NCBI GenBank assembly: GCA_964431395.1
Contig: CAYSJP010000003.1
Location: 1-28,495, forward strand
Direction of reading: 5' to 3'
Source of the DNA: an uncultured Halobacteriales archaeon
Lineage (GTDB): Archaea > Halobacteriota > Halobacteria > Halobacteriales > Hikarchaeaceae
Length of the DNA: 28,495 nucleotides
The notes beneath the pieces were generated by a model, which was not told where the DNA came from, ran no database searches, and worked only from the letters and a program-made list of their open reading frames with translations. Below are positions 8,595 to 17,202 of this stretch, piece by piece. Within the stretch, counting starts at the first letter, position 1. Each line of letters begins with the position of its first letter. Made by a program: the position numbers and the translations under genes.

Positions 8595-10688
8595 TTACGC
8601 GACCTGGTCGCTCACGGCCTCGACCGCCGCCGCGATGACGGCCTCGCGTTCGCCGTTGAGGAACACGAGCCGGCCGTCGCGGCCGCCCCGGGTCTCGACG
8701 CCGCCGGCGGGAACCGCGTCGGCGACCCGCTTGCCGACCTCGCGCATGTCGATCGTCGCGTCGCCTTCCGCCAGCAGGCGGTCCTCGTCGACGCCCACCA
8801 CTGCGGCGACGTCCTCGTTCCGGGCGGCGAGCTCCGCGAGCAGGGTCTCCGTCGGCGGGAAGTCGTAGGTGTTCGTGAACGCGTCGACGTCGAGCACGCC
8901 GACCGTCGCGCCGTCCGCATCGTGGCGTCGGAGGTGCGGCTCGGCGGTGCGGAGCTCCGAGTCGACCCGCTCGCGGAACTGCTCGCTGGCGTGTTTCGCG
9001 AGGTCGCGCTCCCCGAACAGGAGGTCGGAGACGAGTTCGCGCTTGTCGTCGTATGTGCCATAAAAGGCTTCCAGAGCGATCGCCTCGCGGACCGTCGTGA
9101 CCCGCCGGTTGTCATAGCCGGCCGTCTCCGCGAGGTCGCGGTAGGCTTCCGGTGCGTCGCGCCAGTAGCTCACGGCGGGCAGGTGGCTCACCTCCGCGCG
9201 GGCGTCCGGCGAGACGTGCGCGGCGACGTTCGCGCCGAGCGCCGTCGTGGTGACCGACTCCGCGGCCTCGCTACCGGCGAGGTGCGGGGAGACGAACACG
9301 GCGGTCGCGGCCTCCATCTCCGCGTCGGGGTAGGCGGCGTCGATCACGACGCGGTCGGCGCCGTAGGCCTCCAGCAGGTCGAAGCCGTCTCCCGACTCCG
9401 CGGTGCTCCCGGCGTTGACGAAGACGAAAAGCGGCGTCGGCTCGTCGTGGCGCTCCCCCGCGTCGAGCATGTTCGTCGCGTCGCGGATCGCGTCGCGCAT
9501 GCCGTAGATCCGGCCGTCCAGCGGCCGGCGGCTCACGTAGTGGTAGGTGGCGTCATCGGCTTCGTGTTCCTCCCGGACCAGCGGGATCGCTGCACGCTCG
9601 ATGGCTGCCGCGGCCGCGTAGCCATCGACGGTCGCGCTGTGTCGGAGCACCACCGGCCGACCCTCGACGATCGCCCGCCTGATCGCGGTCGCGGCCTCGA
9701 CGATCCCGTCCCGGACCGCCGTCACGCCCGCCTGATCCGCCAGGAGGTCGACCTCCTCCGGACTGGCGCGCTCCGCGATCGCCTCCTCGAGGCGGCGCTC
9801 GACCGCCTCGCGCTCCTCACCCTCGAGCGCCTCGGCGTCCTCCGTCTCGACCTGGAGGTCGCCCCGCCGCTCCTCGACGACGCCCGCGAGCCGGACCACG
9901 TCGCCGGCCCCGACCTCGGGATAGGCACGAACCCCCGCGGACTCGAAGGCGGCGCAGTCAACGGTGCCGGTTTCGTCGCGGACCTCGAACACCGTCGGAC
10001 CGCTGGTCTGGCGGGCCTCGACCACGGTCCCCTCGATCAGGACCGGGTCGCCGACCAGGTCATCGAGATCCGTGATCGGCGTCCGTTCCAGCTCCTCGAT
10101 CGACACGGAGACGCTGGCGGCCTCCGCGCCGGCCGCCTCGCCGCCCGATGCTGCCTGTGTCTCCCCGTCGGCGGTGACCGCTCCGCCGGAACCGCCCGAC
10201 CCACTCCCGGGGGTCGGCGCCGCCGGTTCCGTGTCCGGGGTACCGGCCGCGTCGGCCCCGCTCGCGTCACCGCCGTCCTCGGTTTCCGTCTCCTGTTCCT
10301 CCGTTTCGTCCTCCGGGAGTTCGTCGCCCTCGGGGGTGTCCACGAGCGCTCCGCGGAACTCCGACTCGTGCTGGCGGATCGACCAGCCCAGGTCGACGTT
10401 GCCGTCGTCGCGGACGTTCTTCACCTGGACGTACACGCTGTCGCCCGGGTCCCAGTCGAGACTCTCCAGACGCTGGTCGAGTTCGCTCGTGTGGAGTAGC
10501 CCGGTCACGTGATCGCCGACGTCGACGAACACGCCGAACTCGGCGAACCCGTCGACCGACCCGCGGTAGAACCGGCTCTCGGTCAACTGCCCCGGGCGGC
10601 TTCCCTCGAACTCGAAGCAGACGTCCTGTTCGTGACTGCGACAGACGTGGCCCTCTACCGGAGTGCCACAGATGAGACACGTACTCAT
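8595..10688 (-). CDS. recJ4: S1/OB-fold DHH-family protein, RecJ4-like, with degenerate catalytic motifs
   Basis: N-terminal CxxC...CxxH, S1 domain (FGVFVD...TGLLH), acidic linker, OB fold (RQTSGPTVF), degenerate DHH domain. Adjacency to elp3 matches my recollection of Haloferax recJ4-elp3. Confidence 0.75.
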   Translation of the reverse strand: MSTCLICGTPVEGHVCRSHEQDVCFEFEGSRPGQLTESRFYRGSVDGFAEFGVFVDVGDHVTGLLHTSELDQRLESLDWDPGDSVYVQVKNVRDDGNVDLGWSIRQHESEFRGALVDTPEGDELPEDETEEQETETEDGGDASGADAAGTPDTEPAAPTPGSGSGGSGGAVTADGETQAASGGEAAGAEAASVSVSIEELERTPITDLDDLVGDPVLIEGTVVEARQTSGPTVFEVRDETGTVDCAAFESAGVRAYPEVGAGDVVRLAGVVEERRGDLQVETEDAEALEGEEREAVERRLEEAIAERASPEEVDLLADQAGVTAVRDGIVEAATAIRRAIVEGRPVVLRHSATVDGYAAAAAIERAAIPLVREEHEADDATYHYVSRRPLDGRIYGMRDAIRDATNMLDAGERHDEPTPLFVFVNAGSTAESGDGFDLLEAYGADRVVIDAAYPDAEMEAATAVFVSPHLAGSEAAESVTTTALGANVAAHVSPDARAEVSHLPAVSYWRDAPEAYRDLAETAGYDNRRVTTVREAIALEAFYGTYDDKRELVSDLLFGERDLAKHASEQFRERVDSELRTAEPHLRRHDADGATVGVLDVDAFTNTYDFPPTETLLAELAARNEDVAAVVGVDEDRLLAEGDATIDMREVGKRVADAVPAGGVETRGGRDGRLVFLNGEREAVIAAAVEAVSDQVA

Positions 10689-10767
10689 TTGAATGGACGA
10701 AATGGGGGCGCACTAAAACGGTTGTCGAAAGCCGTTCGCGTCATCGCCGGCCGTGCGTCCCGGCAAC

Positions 10768-11031
10768 CTACTCGAACACCCGGCTCTCCTCCTCGAGTGA
10801 CTCGATGCTGCGGGCGATCTCCCGGGCTTCCGAGGGAGGGAGAGCCACCTCGACCTCGTTTCCCCCGTCGTCGACGAAGGAGAGTTTCACGCGCTCGTCG
10901 CCGAACTCCCGTGCCTCCGCGTCCGTGACGTCGTACAGTTTCGCCGTGGCCGACTTGTTCGGCGCGCCCACGTTCTTCACCGAACCCTCCTTGAGTTCGA
11001 TCATGAACTTCTCGAGTTGTAGCGAGAGCAT
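10768..11031 (-). CDS. Conserved small acidic haloarchaeal hypothetical protein
   Basis: 87 aa, typical codon usage and acidity; CTTATC TATA-like element about -27 on the minus strand. Confidence 0.75.
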   Translation of the reverse strand: MLSLQLEKFMIELKEGSVKNVGAPNKSATAKLYDVTDAEAREFGDERVKLSFVDDGGNEVEVALPPSEAREIARSIESLEEESRVFE

Positions 11032-11370
11032 GATCGGGTGTTCGCGGCGCTCCCTGATAAGGACGGCTGGAGCGGGTCACGGGTGACTGGCCCCCTCTCC
11101 CGGCGGTGCGCTCCGGGCGCAGGTCCGCTCTCCTGGCGTGCTCCGGGTCGACAGTGTTCCGCTACCCGAACAAGAGCGTGGGGTCGGTTCTTCGAAGGGC
11201 GCGACTGTACACCTGCGTCAGGCGGTCACGAGCCACGAAACCGGCCGTGTGTCCCCGGATGGGGACGACGAGGTCACTCTGCTTTGTCGTGCGGGCTAGT
11301 TCCAATAATCCGAGAACGTGACGCCGATTTATCCGTCCTCCGGGACGAGTCGTAAATGGAGGGTAGCACG

Positions 11371-11793
11371 ATGCCAATCCAAGAACTCGCGCGCGATGCA
11401 GTCGTCACTGCCGACCGGGACGCATCGATCGACGAACTCGCCGTGCTGATGCGGGATGAGAGCGTCGGGAGCGTCGTGATCACGGACGGCGACGAACCGG
11501 TGGGAATCGTCACGGATCGCGATCTGACGACCCGGATCCTGGCGGAGGACCCGGACGCGACCGACTGGACCGCCGGGGACGTCATGTCGACGGACCTGTG
11601 CACGGTGGGTCCGGACGCCGGCTTCTACGAGGCGGCAGGGGTGATGAGCGAGAACGGAATCCGTCGGCTCCCGGTCCGGGAAGAGGGAGGCGAACTCGTC
11701 GGGATCATCACCGCCGACGACCTGACGGAGGTACTCGCCGAGGAACAGGCACAGCTCGCATCGGTCATCCAGGCACAGCGGCCGACCTACTGA
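11371..11793 (+). CDS. CBS domain pair protein
   Basis: GIVTDRDL and IRRLPV...LVGIITADDL CBS signatures; start re-called at 11371 after GGAGGG. Confidence 0.9.
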   Translation: MPIQELARDAVVTADRDASIDELAVLMRDESVGSVVITDGDEPVGIVTDRDLTTRILAEDPDATDWTAGDVMSTDLCTVGPDAGFYEAAGVMSENGIRRLPVREEGGELVGIITADDLTEVLAEEQAQLASVIQAQRPTY

Positions 11794-11797
11794 AACC

Positions 11798-12283
11798 ATG
11801 AGCCAACAACAACCGCCACCCGAGGCCGCAACGCCGGCTTCCGGAGCAGAATCCGAGCCAGCCTACGGGGGCGTGGGACGGCGGGCCGTCGCCATCATCC
11901 TCGATTCCTTTCTGGGCGTTGTCGTGTTCATCGCCGCGGGGTTCCTCGTGGGATCGGTCACCGGCGAGACGACCGACGCCGGATTCCAGCTCGAGGGCGG
12001 GTCGGCGGTGGTCGCCATGGGTGCGGTGGCCCTGATCGGTCTTGCCTACTACGTCCTTCTCGAGGCCTACTACGGGCAGACGCTCGGGAAACGGCTGGCC
12101 GGAATCCGTGTCGTCTCCGAGGACAGGTCGGAGATCACCCTCTCGGAAGCCGTGATCAGGAACGTGCTCAGGGTAGTCGACGCTATCGGGTTTTATCTCG
12201 TCGGTTTAGTGTTCATCCTCTCGTCCGATGGGCGCCAGCGGTTGGGTGATCGTGTCGGGAACACGGTCGTCGTATCCGACTAA
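11798..12283 (+). CDS. RDD family membrane protein
   Basis: RRAVAIILD, GQTLGKRLAGIRVV and QRLGDRVGNTVVV motifs. Confidence 0.9.
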   Translation: MSQQQPPPEAATPASGAESEPAYGGVGRRAVAIILDSFLGVVVFIAAGFLVGSVTGETTDAGFQLEGGSAVVAMGAVALIGLAYYVLLEAYYGQTLGKRLAGIRVVSEDRSEITLSEAVIRNVLRVVDAIGFYLVGLVFILSSDGRQRLGDRVGNTVVVSD

Positions 12284-12372
12284 CCCCACCCCCCTGTCGT
12301 TTCACTCGACTCCGCTCTTCTCACCGACCGGCCACTCGACTCCACACCTCCCACGTACTGGCGAACCCGGTA

Positions 12373-12470
12373 AGCGCGTCGAACCGTGTGCTGGTCGGCG
12401 ATGTGAGCGCGTCGAACCGTGTGCCTGTCGGCGATGTGAGCGCGTCCGACCATGTGACGGTCGGCGATAC
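12373..12470. repeat. Tandem repeat, 3 x 33 bp
   Basis: Units start at 12373, 12406 and 12439 (AGCGCGTCGAACCGTGTGCTGGTCGGCGATGTG); the third is more diverged; no spacers. Confidence 0.9.
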
Positions 12471-12536
12471 CGGTTCTCCCGGGAGCACCGACCATGAAAA
12501 GTCACATTAGCGAGGGGTCATACCGTTCGAACACCA

Positions 12537-13457
12537 ATGGGTACGGCATCCCGTCGGTCGTTCCTCACGGCGGTCTCGGGAGGGCTGGCCGTCGGGCTGG
12601 CAGGGTGCCTCGGAGCGGACGACCGGGTTTCGGTCCTCTCCGCGGGAAGCCTCGCCGTCGTTCTCGACGACCACGTCGGTCGCCGGTTCGAGGAGGAAAC
12701 CGGGACGGCCTACCGGGGGGAGTACCACGGCTCGAACGCGGTCGTGCGCATGATCGAGGACCGGCAGAAACACCCCGACGTCGCGATCAGCGCGGACCAC
12801 GCCCTGTTGCGCGACCGGCTCTACGACCGACACGCCGACTGGGACGTTGAGTTCGCGTCGAACTCCGTCGGGCTCGCGTACTCCCCCGGAACCCGCGTCG
12901 CCGAACGGATCGAGGACGGTGACCCCTGGTACGAGGTCGCGCTCGACGCCGATGACGGGGAGTTCGCGATCAGTGACCCGGATCTCGACCCCCTCGGGTA
13001 CCGGGCGATGCACGCGTTCCGGCTCGCGGAGGCCGAACACGACCTCGAGGGGTTCGCCGACGCGCTCGCCGACGGGGTCTACCGCGAACCCGAGGAACCA
13101 CAGCTTCTGGCGGGCGTCGAAACCGGCAACCGCGCCGCAGCGGTCGTCTACCGGAACATGGCCGTCGACCACGGCCTGCCTTTCGAGGAGTTCCCCGACG
13201 CGTACGACTTCTCGAACCCGGAGTACGCGGATCAGTACGCGACCGTCTCCTACACCACCGACGAGGGCTACACGGCGGTCGGAAGGCCCGTCGTGTACAG
13301 CGCGACCGTGGTCGTGGGTGCCGACAATCCCGACGCCGGCCGGGAGTTCGTCGGCTTTCTGTCCGGCTCCCGGGACCTGCTCGTGGAGAACGGGTTGACC
13401 GCCGCCGGATTCCCGAACGCGCACGGTTCCCTGCCGGAGGGGGTGGTGTCGGGATGA
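12537..13457 (+). CDS. wtpA: Molybdate/tungstate ABC transporter substrate-binding Tat lipoprotein (WtpA/ModA type)
   Basis: SRRSF plus LAGC; SAGSL, PDVAISAD and SDPDLDPLGYR motifs of the WtpA-like family. Confidence 0.8.
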   Translation: MGTASRRSFLTAVSGGLAVGLAGCLGADDRVSVLSAGSLAVVLDDHVGRRFEEETGTAYRGEYHGSNAVVRMIEDRQKHPDVAISADHALLRDRLYDRHADWDVEFASNSVGLAYSPGTRVAERIEDGDPWYEVALDADDGEFAISDPDLDPLGYRAMHAFRLAEAEHDLEGFADALADGVYREPEEPQLLAGVETGNRAAAVVYRNMAVDHGLPFEEFPDAYDFSNPEYADQYATVSYTTDEGYTAVGRPVVYSATVVVGADNPDAGREFVGFLSGSRDLLVENGLTAAGFPNAHGSLPEGVVSG

Positions 13458-14275
13458 GTCTCGGTCGGTTGTCGCCGGGAACCCGGCGGTCCGTCCGCGT
13501 TCCCGAACTGCTCGTTCCGGGGCTGCTCGGGGGGCTGCTCGCGATCTATTTCGCGCTCCCGTTCGTGACGTTCCTGAGTCGGACCGGGTCGGTACCCATC
13601 GCGCAGGCGCTGTCACGGCCGACCACCAGGACGGCGATCCGGAACTCGCTGCTCACCGCACCGGTGTCGACGGCGATAGCGACCGTGTTCGGGGTGCCCC
13701 TGGCGTACGTGCTCGCCCGCGCCTCGTTCCGGGGGAAACGGGTGATCGAGGGGCTCGTCATCCTCCCGCTGGTGGTTCCACCCGTCGTCGGGGGCGCCAT
13801 GTTACTCACTGCCGTCGGCCGGTTCACGCCGATGGGCGCGGCCGCCGCGAGCCTCGGCGTCCCGCTCACCGACAGCCTGATCGGCGTGATCCTCGCCCAG
13901 ACCTTCGTCGCCGGACCGTTCGTCGTGATCACTGCCCGTGCCGGGTTCGGCACCGTCGACGAGCGCCTGGAGCAGGCCTCCCGATCGCTCGGCTACGGAC
14001 CGATCGCCACGTTCTGGAACGTCTCGCTCCCGCTGGCGCGCGGCGCGATCCTCGCGGGAGTCGTCCTGACGCTCGCCCGGGCGATCGGCGAGTTCGGGGC
14101 CACGATGATGGTCGCGTACAACCCCCGTACGATCCCGACCCGGATATGGGTGGACTTCATCTCCGGCGGGGTCGACGCGATCGTCCCGCTCGCGCTGGCG
14201 CTCCTGGGGATCACGCTGCTGGTCGTCACGGCGATCCAGTGGTTCGCCGACGTGCCCGCCGTCGTGGATCGATGA
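13454..14275 (+). CDS. wtpB: Oxyanion ABC transporter permease (WtpB/ModB type)
   Basis: LPLVVPPVVGG, EQASRSLG (EAA loop), ARAIGEFGAT; 4-nt overlap with the upstream gene. Confidence 0.85.
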   Translation: MSLGRLSPGTRRSVRVPELLVPGLLGGLLAIYFALPFVTFLSRTGSVPIAQALSRPTTRTAIRNSLLTAPVSTAIATVFGVPLAYVLARASFRGKRVIEGLVILPLVVPPVVGGAMLLTAVGRFTPMGAAAASLGVPLTDSLIGVILAQTFVAGPFVVITARAGFGTVDERLEQASRSLGYGPIATFWNVSLPLARGAILAGVVLTLARAIGEFGATMMVAYNPRTIPTRIWVDFISGGVDAIVPLALALLGITLLVVTAIQWFADVPAVVDR

Positions 14276-15345
14276 TCCTCGAACTGGACGGCGTGACCCA
14301 CGAGTACGGGACCGAGACGGCCGTCGACGCCGTCTCGTTCGGTCTCGGAGAGGGGGAACTGGGCGCGCTCCTCGGGCCGAGCGGTTGTGGAAAGACGACG
14401 ATCGTCCAAACCATCGCCGGCCACGTCCGCCCGACGGCCGGGCGGGTCTTTCTGCGGGGAACGGACGTCACCGACACCCCGCCCGAGCAACGAGGGGTCG
14501 GCGTCGTGTTCCAGCGGTCCACCCTCTACCCCCACATGACCGTCCGGGAGAACGTCGGGTACGGTCTCGGGGCGCGTGGTATCGACCCGGAGCGACGCCG
14601 GGAAATCGTCGACGAGTACCTCGAACTGGTCGAACTCGGCGGCCAGCGCGACGCGTACCCGGACGAACTGAGCGGCGGGCAGATACGCCGGTGTGAACTC
14701 GCCCGTGCGCTGGCCCCACAGCCGGACGTGCTGGTCCTCGACGAACCCCTGTCGGCGCTCGATCGGACCCTCCGGGGTCAGTTGCGCGACGAGATCGCCC
14801 GGATACAGCGTGAAACGGGGGTGACGACCCTGTACGTCACCCACGACCAGGAGGAGGCGATGTCGCTCGCCGACCGACTCGTGATACTGCAAGAGGGCTC
14901 CGTTTCGGCGGTCGGGGAGCCCCGGCGTCTGTACGAGTCGCCGCCGAACCGGTTCGTCGCGTCGTTCCTGGGGCGGTCGAACATGCTCCCGGCGTCGATC
15001 GCAAAACGGGATCCGCCGACGCTGCGGATCGGGGAGTCGTCGGTACGGGTCGGCGGTCTCCCCGACGACCGCGCACTGGGGACGGGGCCGGTCGTGCACG
15101 TCAGACCGGACGACGTCGTCGTCGGCACCACGAGCGGCGTCGGGACGGACGTCGAACTGCCGGGGCAGGTCCGGTCCGTCCGGGATCTCGGCCGCAGGTA
15201 CGACGTCCACGTGGATCTCTCGGCCGGGGAGGAGATAACCGCCGAGCGGAGCCACACGCCACCTGCCGTGGACGAACACGTCGTGGTCGGCATCGAGGGC
15301 GAGGACCTGACGGTGCTCTCGCGACGGGAACCGGAACGGTCCTGA
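14272..15345 (+). CDS. wtpC: ABC transporter ATP-binding subunit with C-terminal TOBE-like domain (WtpC/ModC type)
   Basis: Start re-called at the ATGA overlap (14272); Walker A GPSGCGKT, LSGGQ, VLVLDE and YVTHD. Confidence 0.88.
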   Translation: MILELDGVTHEYGTETAVDAVSFGLGEGELGALLGPSGCGKTTIVQTIAGHVRPTAGRVFLRGTDVTDTPPEQRGVGVVFQRSTLYPHMTVRENVGYGLGARGIDPERRREIVDEYLELVELGGQRDAYPDELSGGQIRRCELARALAPQPDVLVLDEPLSALDRTLRGQLRDEIARIQRETGVTTLYVTHDQEEAMSLADRLVILQEGSVSAVGEPRRLYESPPNRFVASFLGRSNMLPASIAKRDPPTLRIGESSVRVGGLPDDRALGTGPVVHVRPDDVVVGTTSGVGTDVELPGQVRSVRDLGRRYDVHVDLSAGEEITAERSHTPPAVDEHVVVGIEGEDLTVLSRREPERS

Positions 15346-15391
15346 ACGGCGCCACCTTCGGATCCCGGCGAGGCCGAACGCCGCCGTCCTC

Positions 15392-15473
15392 ATAAGCTCG
15401 GTTGTAGGTGTTTACCGGTGGTCGCCACCCCCGTCGGCAGCGACCACCGGTAAGAGACTACAACCGACCTTAT
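15392..15473. repeat. Long imperfect palindrome (82-nt stem-loop) between convergent genes
   Basis: ATAAG/CTTAT, TCGGTTGTAG/CTACAACCGA (10 bp) and TTACCGGTGGTCGC/GCGACCACCGGTAA (14 bp) are exact reverse complements around a 14-nt loop. Confidence 0.9.
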
Positions 15474-16063
15474 CAGACCCCGGCGAGACTCATCAGCGCG
15501 TCGAACCCCCGGAATCCGTAGCCGAACGCGACCGCGGCGGGGACCGCACCCAGCGCCAAGGCTCGCGGGGTAGAGAGGTCGTGAACGCGGCCGATACCCC
15601 CGACGTACAGCACGGTCCCGTAGACGGCGCAGGCGGCCCGGAGCGCGGGGATCGGCGCCCCGGCGAGTGCGCAGGGTGCGGTCGAGTACGCGAGCACCTG
15701 GACGGTCTCGCTGACGCCGGCCCGTTCGGGGGCGCCGGCGATCAGGAGCACGGTCTGGAGTGCCGAGACCAGGTGGAGGCTCGCCGGCGCGACGATCAGC
15801 ACCGCCACGGCGAGCGCGACGGCGGTCGAGGTGATCTCGTTGCCGGCGACCGGCGGCACTGCCTCCTCGACCAGCAGGAACCGGCTCGTCTCCTCGAGTG
15901 CGACGACCGTCATGACGAAGGTGAGCGCGGGTGCCTGGTCGCCGGTCCCGATCCCGGTCCGAAAGAACCGTTCCGGCCTGACGAACACCTCGATCCACGC
16001 CCTCGCCATGGCTCCCGGTCCGCGATCACGCCCCCCGGAGGGGTCCTCGGTCCACCGTGTCAT
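15473..16063 (-). CDS. YIP1 family membrane protein
   Basis: RPERFF, ETVQVLAYSTAP and four to five TM segments; alternative start at 16009. Confidence 0.75.
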   Translation of the reverse strand: MTRWTEDPSGGRDRGPGAMARAWIEVFVRPERFFRTGIGTGDQAPALTFVMTVVALEETSRFLLVEEAVPPVAGNEITSTAVALAVAVLIVAPASLHLVSALQTVLLIAGAPERAGVSETVQVLAYSTAPCALAGAPIPALRAACAVYGTVLYVGGIGRVHDLSTPRALALGAVPAAVAFGYGFRGFDALMSLAGV

Positions 16064-16172
16064 GCGACTCCCCGATCGGATTTTGCGGTGTCATAATGAC
16101 TCGTGTAGCGTTTTACCGTTCCGACCGCCCGCGCCGGGCGGTCGATACGGTAATTCCCTACACTAGTCATTA

Positions 16173-16754
16173 TCAGTCGAGCGCCCCGACGTTCTCCTCG
16201 CTCTCGAAGCAGGCGGGGTCGGGTTCGATGCTCGCGTACTCCACCGCGCGCTCCCCGAGCACCGCGACGCGCTCCGCGATCGCCGGATCGACGACCTCCC
16301 CGTCCTCGACCTTCGAGGAGGCGTTCGGCACTGCCGCCTGGTACGGCAGGACCCAGGCGTCGAGCGCGCGACACACCGCTCGCAGGTGATCGAGCGCGGT
16401 GATGGGAAAGCTCCCGCCGGAGACGGCGAGCAGCCCCACCGTCTTGTCCTCGAACTCGTCGAACCCGCAGTAATCCAGTGCCGTCTTCAGCGGCGAGGAG
16501 TACGAGCCGTGGTACATCGGCGTTCCCAGAAGGATCGCGTCGGCTTCCCGGACCCGTGCTTTGAGGTCGGCGGCGTCACCGACGTCCTCCTGATCGGCGT
16601 CGTAGACGGGGAGGTCAAGGTTCCGGAGGTCGATCAACTCGGTCCGTGCGCCCCGTTCCGTGGCGGCGTCGAGCGTACACGTCAATGCGACTCTGGTGTT
16701 GCTGGTCTCACGTAGGCTCCCGCACACCCCGACGACGCGCGGCGTACTGGTCAT
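16173..16754 (-). CDS. NADPH-dependent FMN reductase (flavodoxin-like)
   Basis: GSLRETSNT, GTPMYHGSYSSPLKTALD and KTVGLLAVSGG motifs. Confidence 0.92.
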   Translation of the reverse strand: MTSTPRVVGVCGSLRETSNTRVALTCTLDAATERGARTELIDLRNLDLPVYDADQEDVGDAADLKARVREADAILLGTPMYHGSYSSPLKTALDYCGFDEFEDKTVGLLAVSGGSFPITALDHLRAVCRALDAWVLPYQAAVPNASSKVEDGEVVDPAIAERVAVLGERAVEYASIEPDPACFESEENVGALD

Positions 16755-16877
16755 AGCGCCACTCGTTCCGGTCGAGGCAAGAATCTGCCGCTCCGGATGC
16801 GGGTCCGTGACCGTACTATTATCACTTCCAATAACTGGGGGATGAGATATATATCACCTGGCTAGAGATCAACACCG

Positions 16878-17201
16878 ATGACATTCCACGACGCACTCGG
16901 ACCGCTGGAGGTGACGGTTCTGGTCGTCGCGATTATCGGCGCAGTGCCGATCGCGTTTCACTACAGGAAACGATCGAAGTATTTCGTCGCCGCCTACGCG
17001 CTGATCTTCGTGGGTGCCATGAGCACGAACGTCGAGAATCTGATCTTGGGCGATACGTTCAATCTATTAGAACACAGCGTCGGGTTGATGGGCGCGAGCA
17101 TCGCGTTCGCGGCCGCCGCCTATCTCCGCCGACAGAACGTCCTCTTGGCCGACAACGACGACAGCGATCCGATGACCGACGACGAGCCCGGGGGTGCGTA
17201 G
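16878..17201 (+). CDS. Small 3-TM membrane protein, probably co-transcribed with the transducer
   Basis: Three hydrophobic segments; ATATATAT TATA at -31..-24; stop lies 1 nt before the transducer ATG. Confidence 0.8.
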   Translation: MTFHDALGPLEVTVLVVAIIGAVPIAFHYRKRSKYFVAAYALIFVGAMSTNVENLILGDTFNLLEHSVGLMGASIAFAAAAYLRRQNVLLADNDDSDPMTDDEPGGA

Positions 17202-17202
17202 T

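Noticed and set aside
12373-12470. 33-bp repeats as a CRISPR array
   Set aside because: Units are contiguous with no spacers, and there are no cas genes.
12228-12497. Cys-repeat ORF on the plus strand
   Set aside because: Its only start lies inside the RDD gene; the Cys periodicity follows trivially from the 33-bp repeat.
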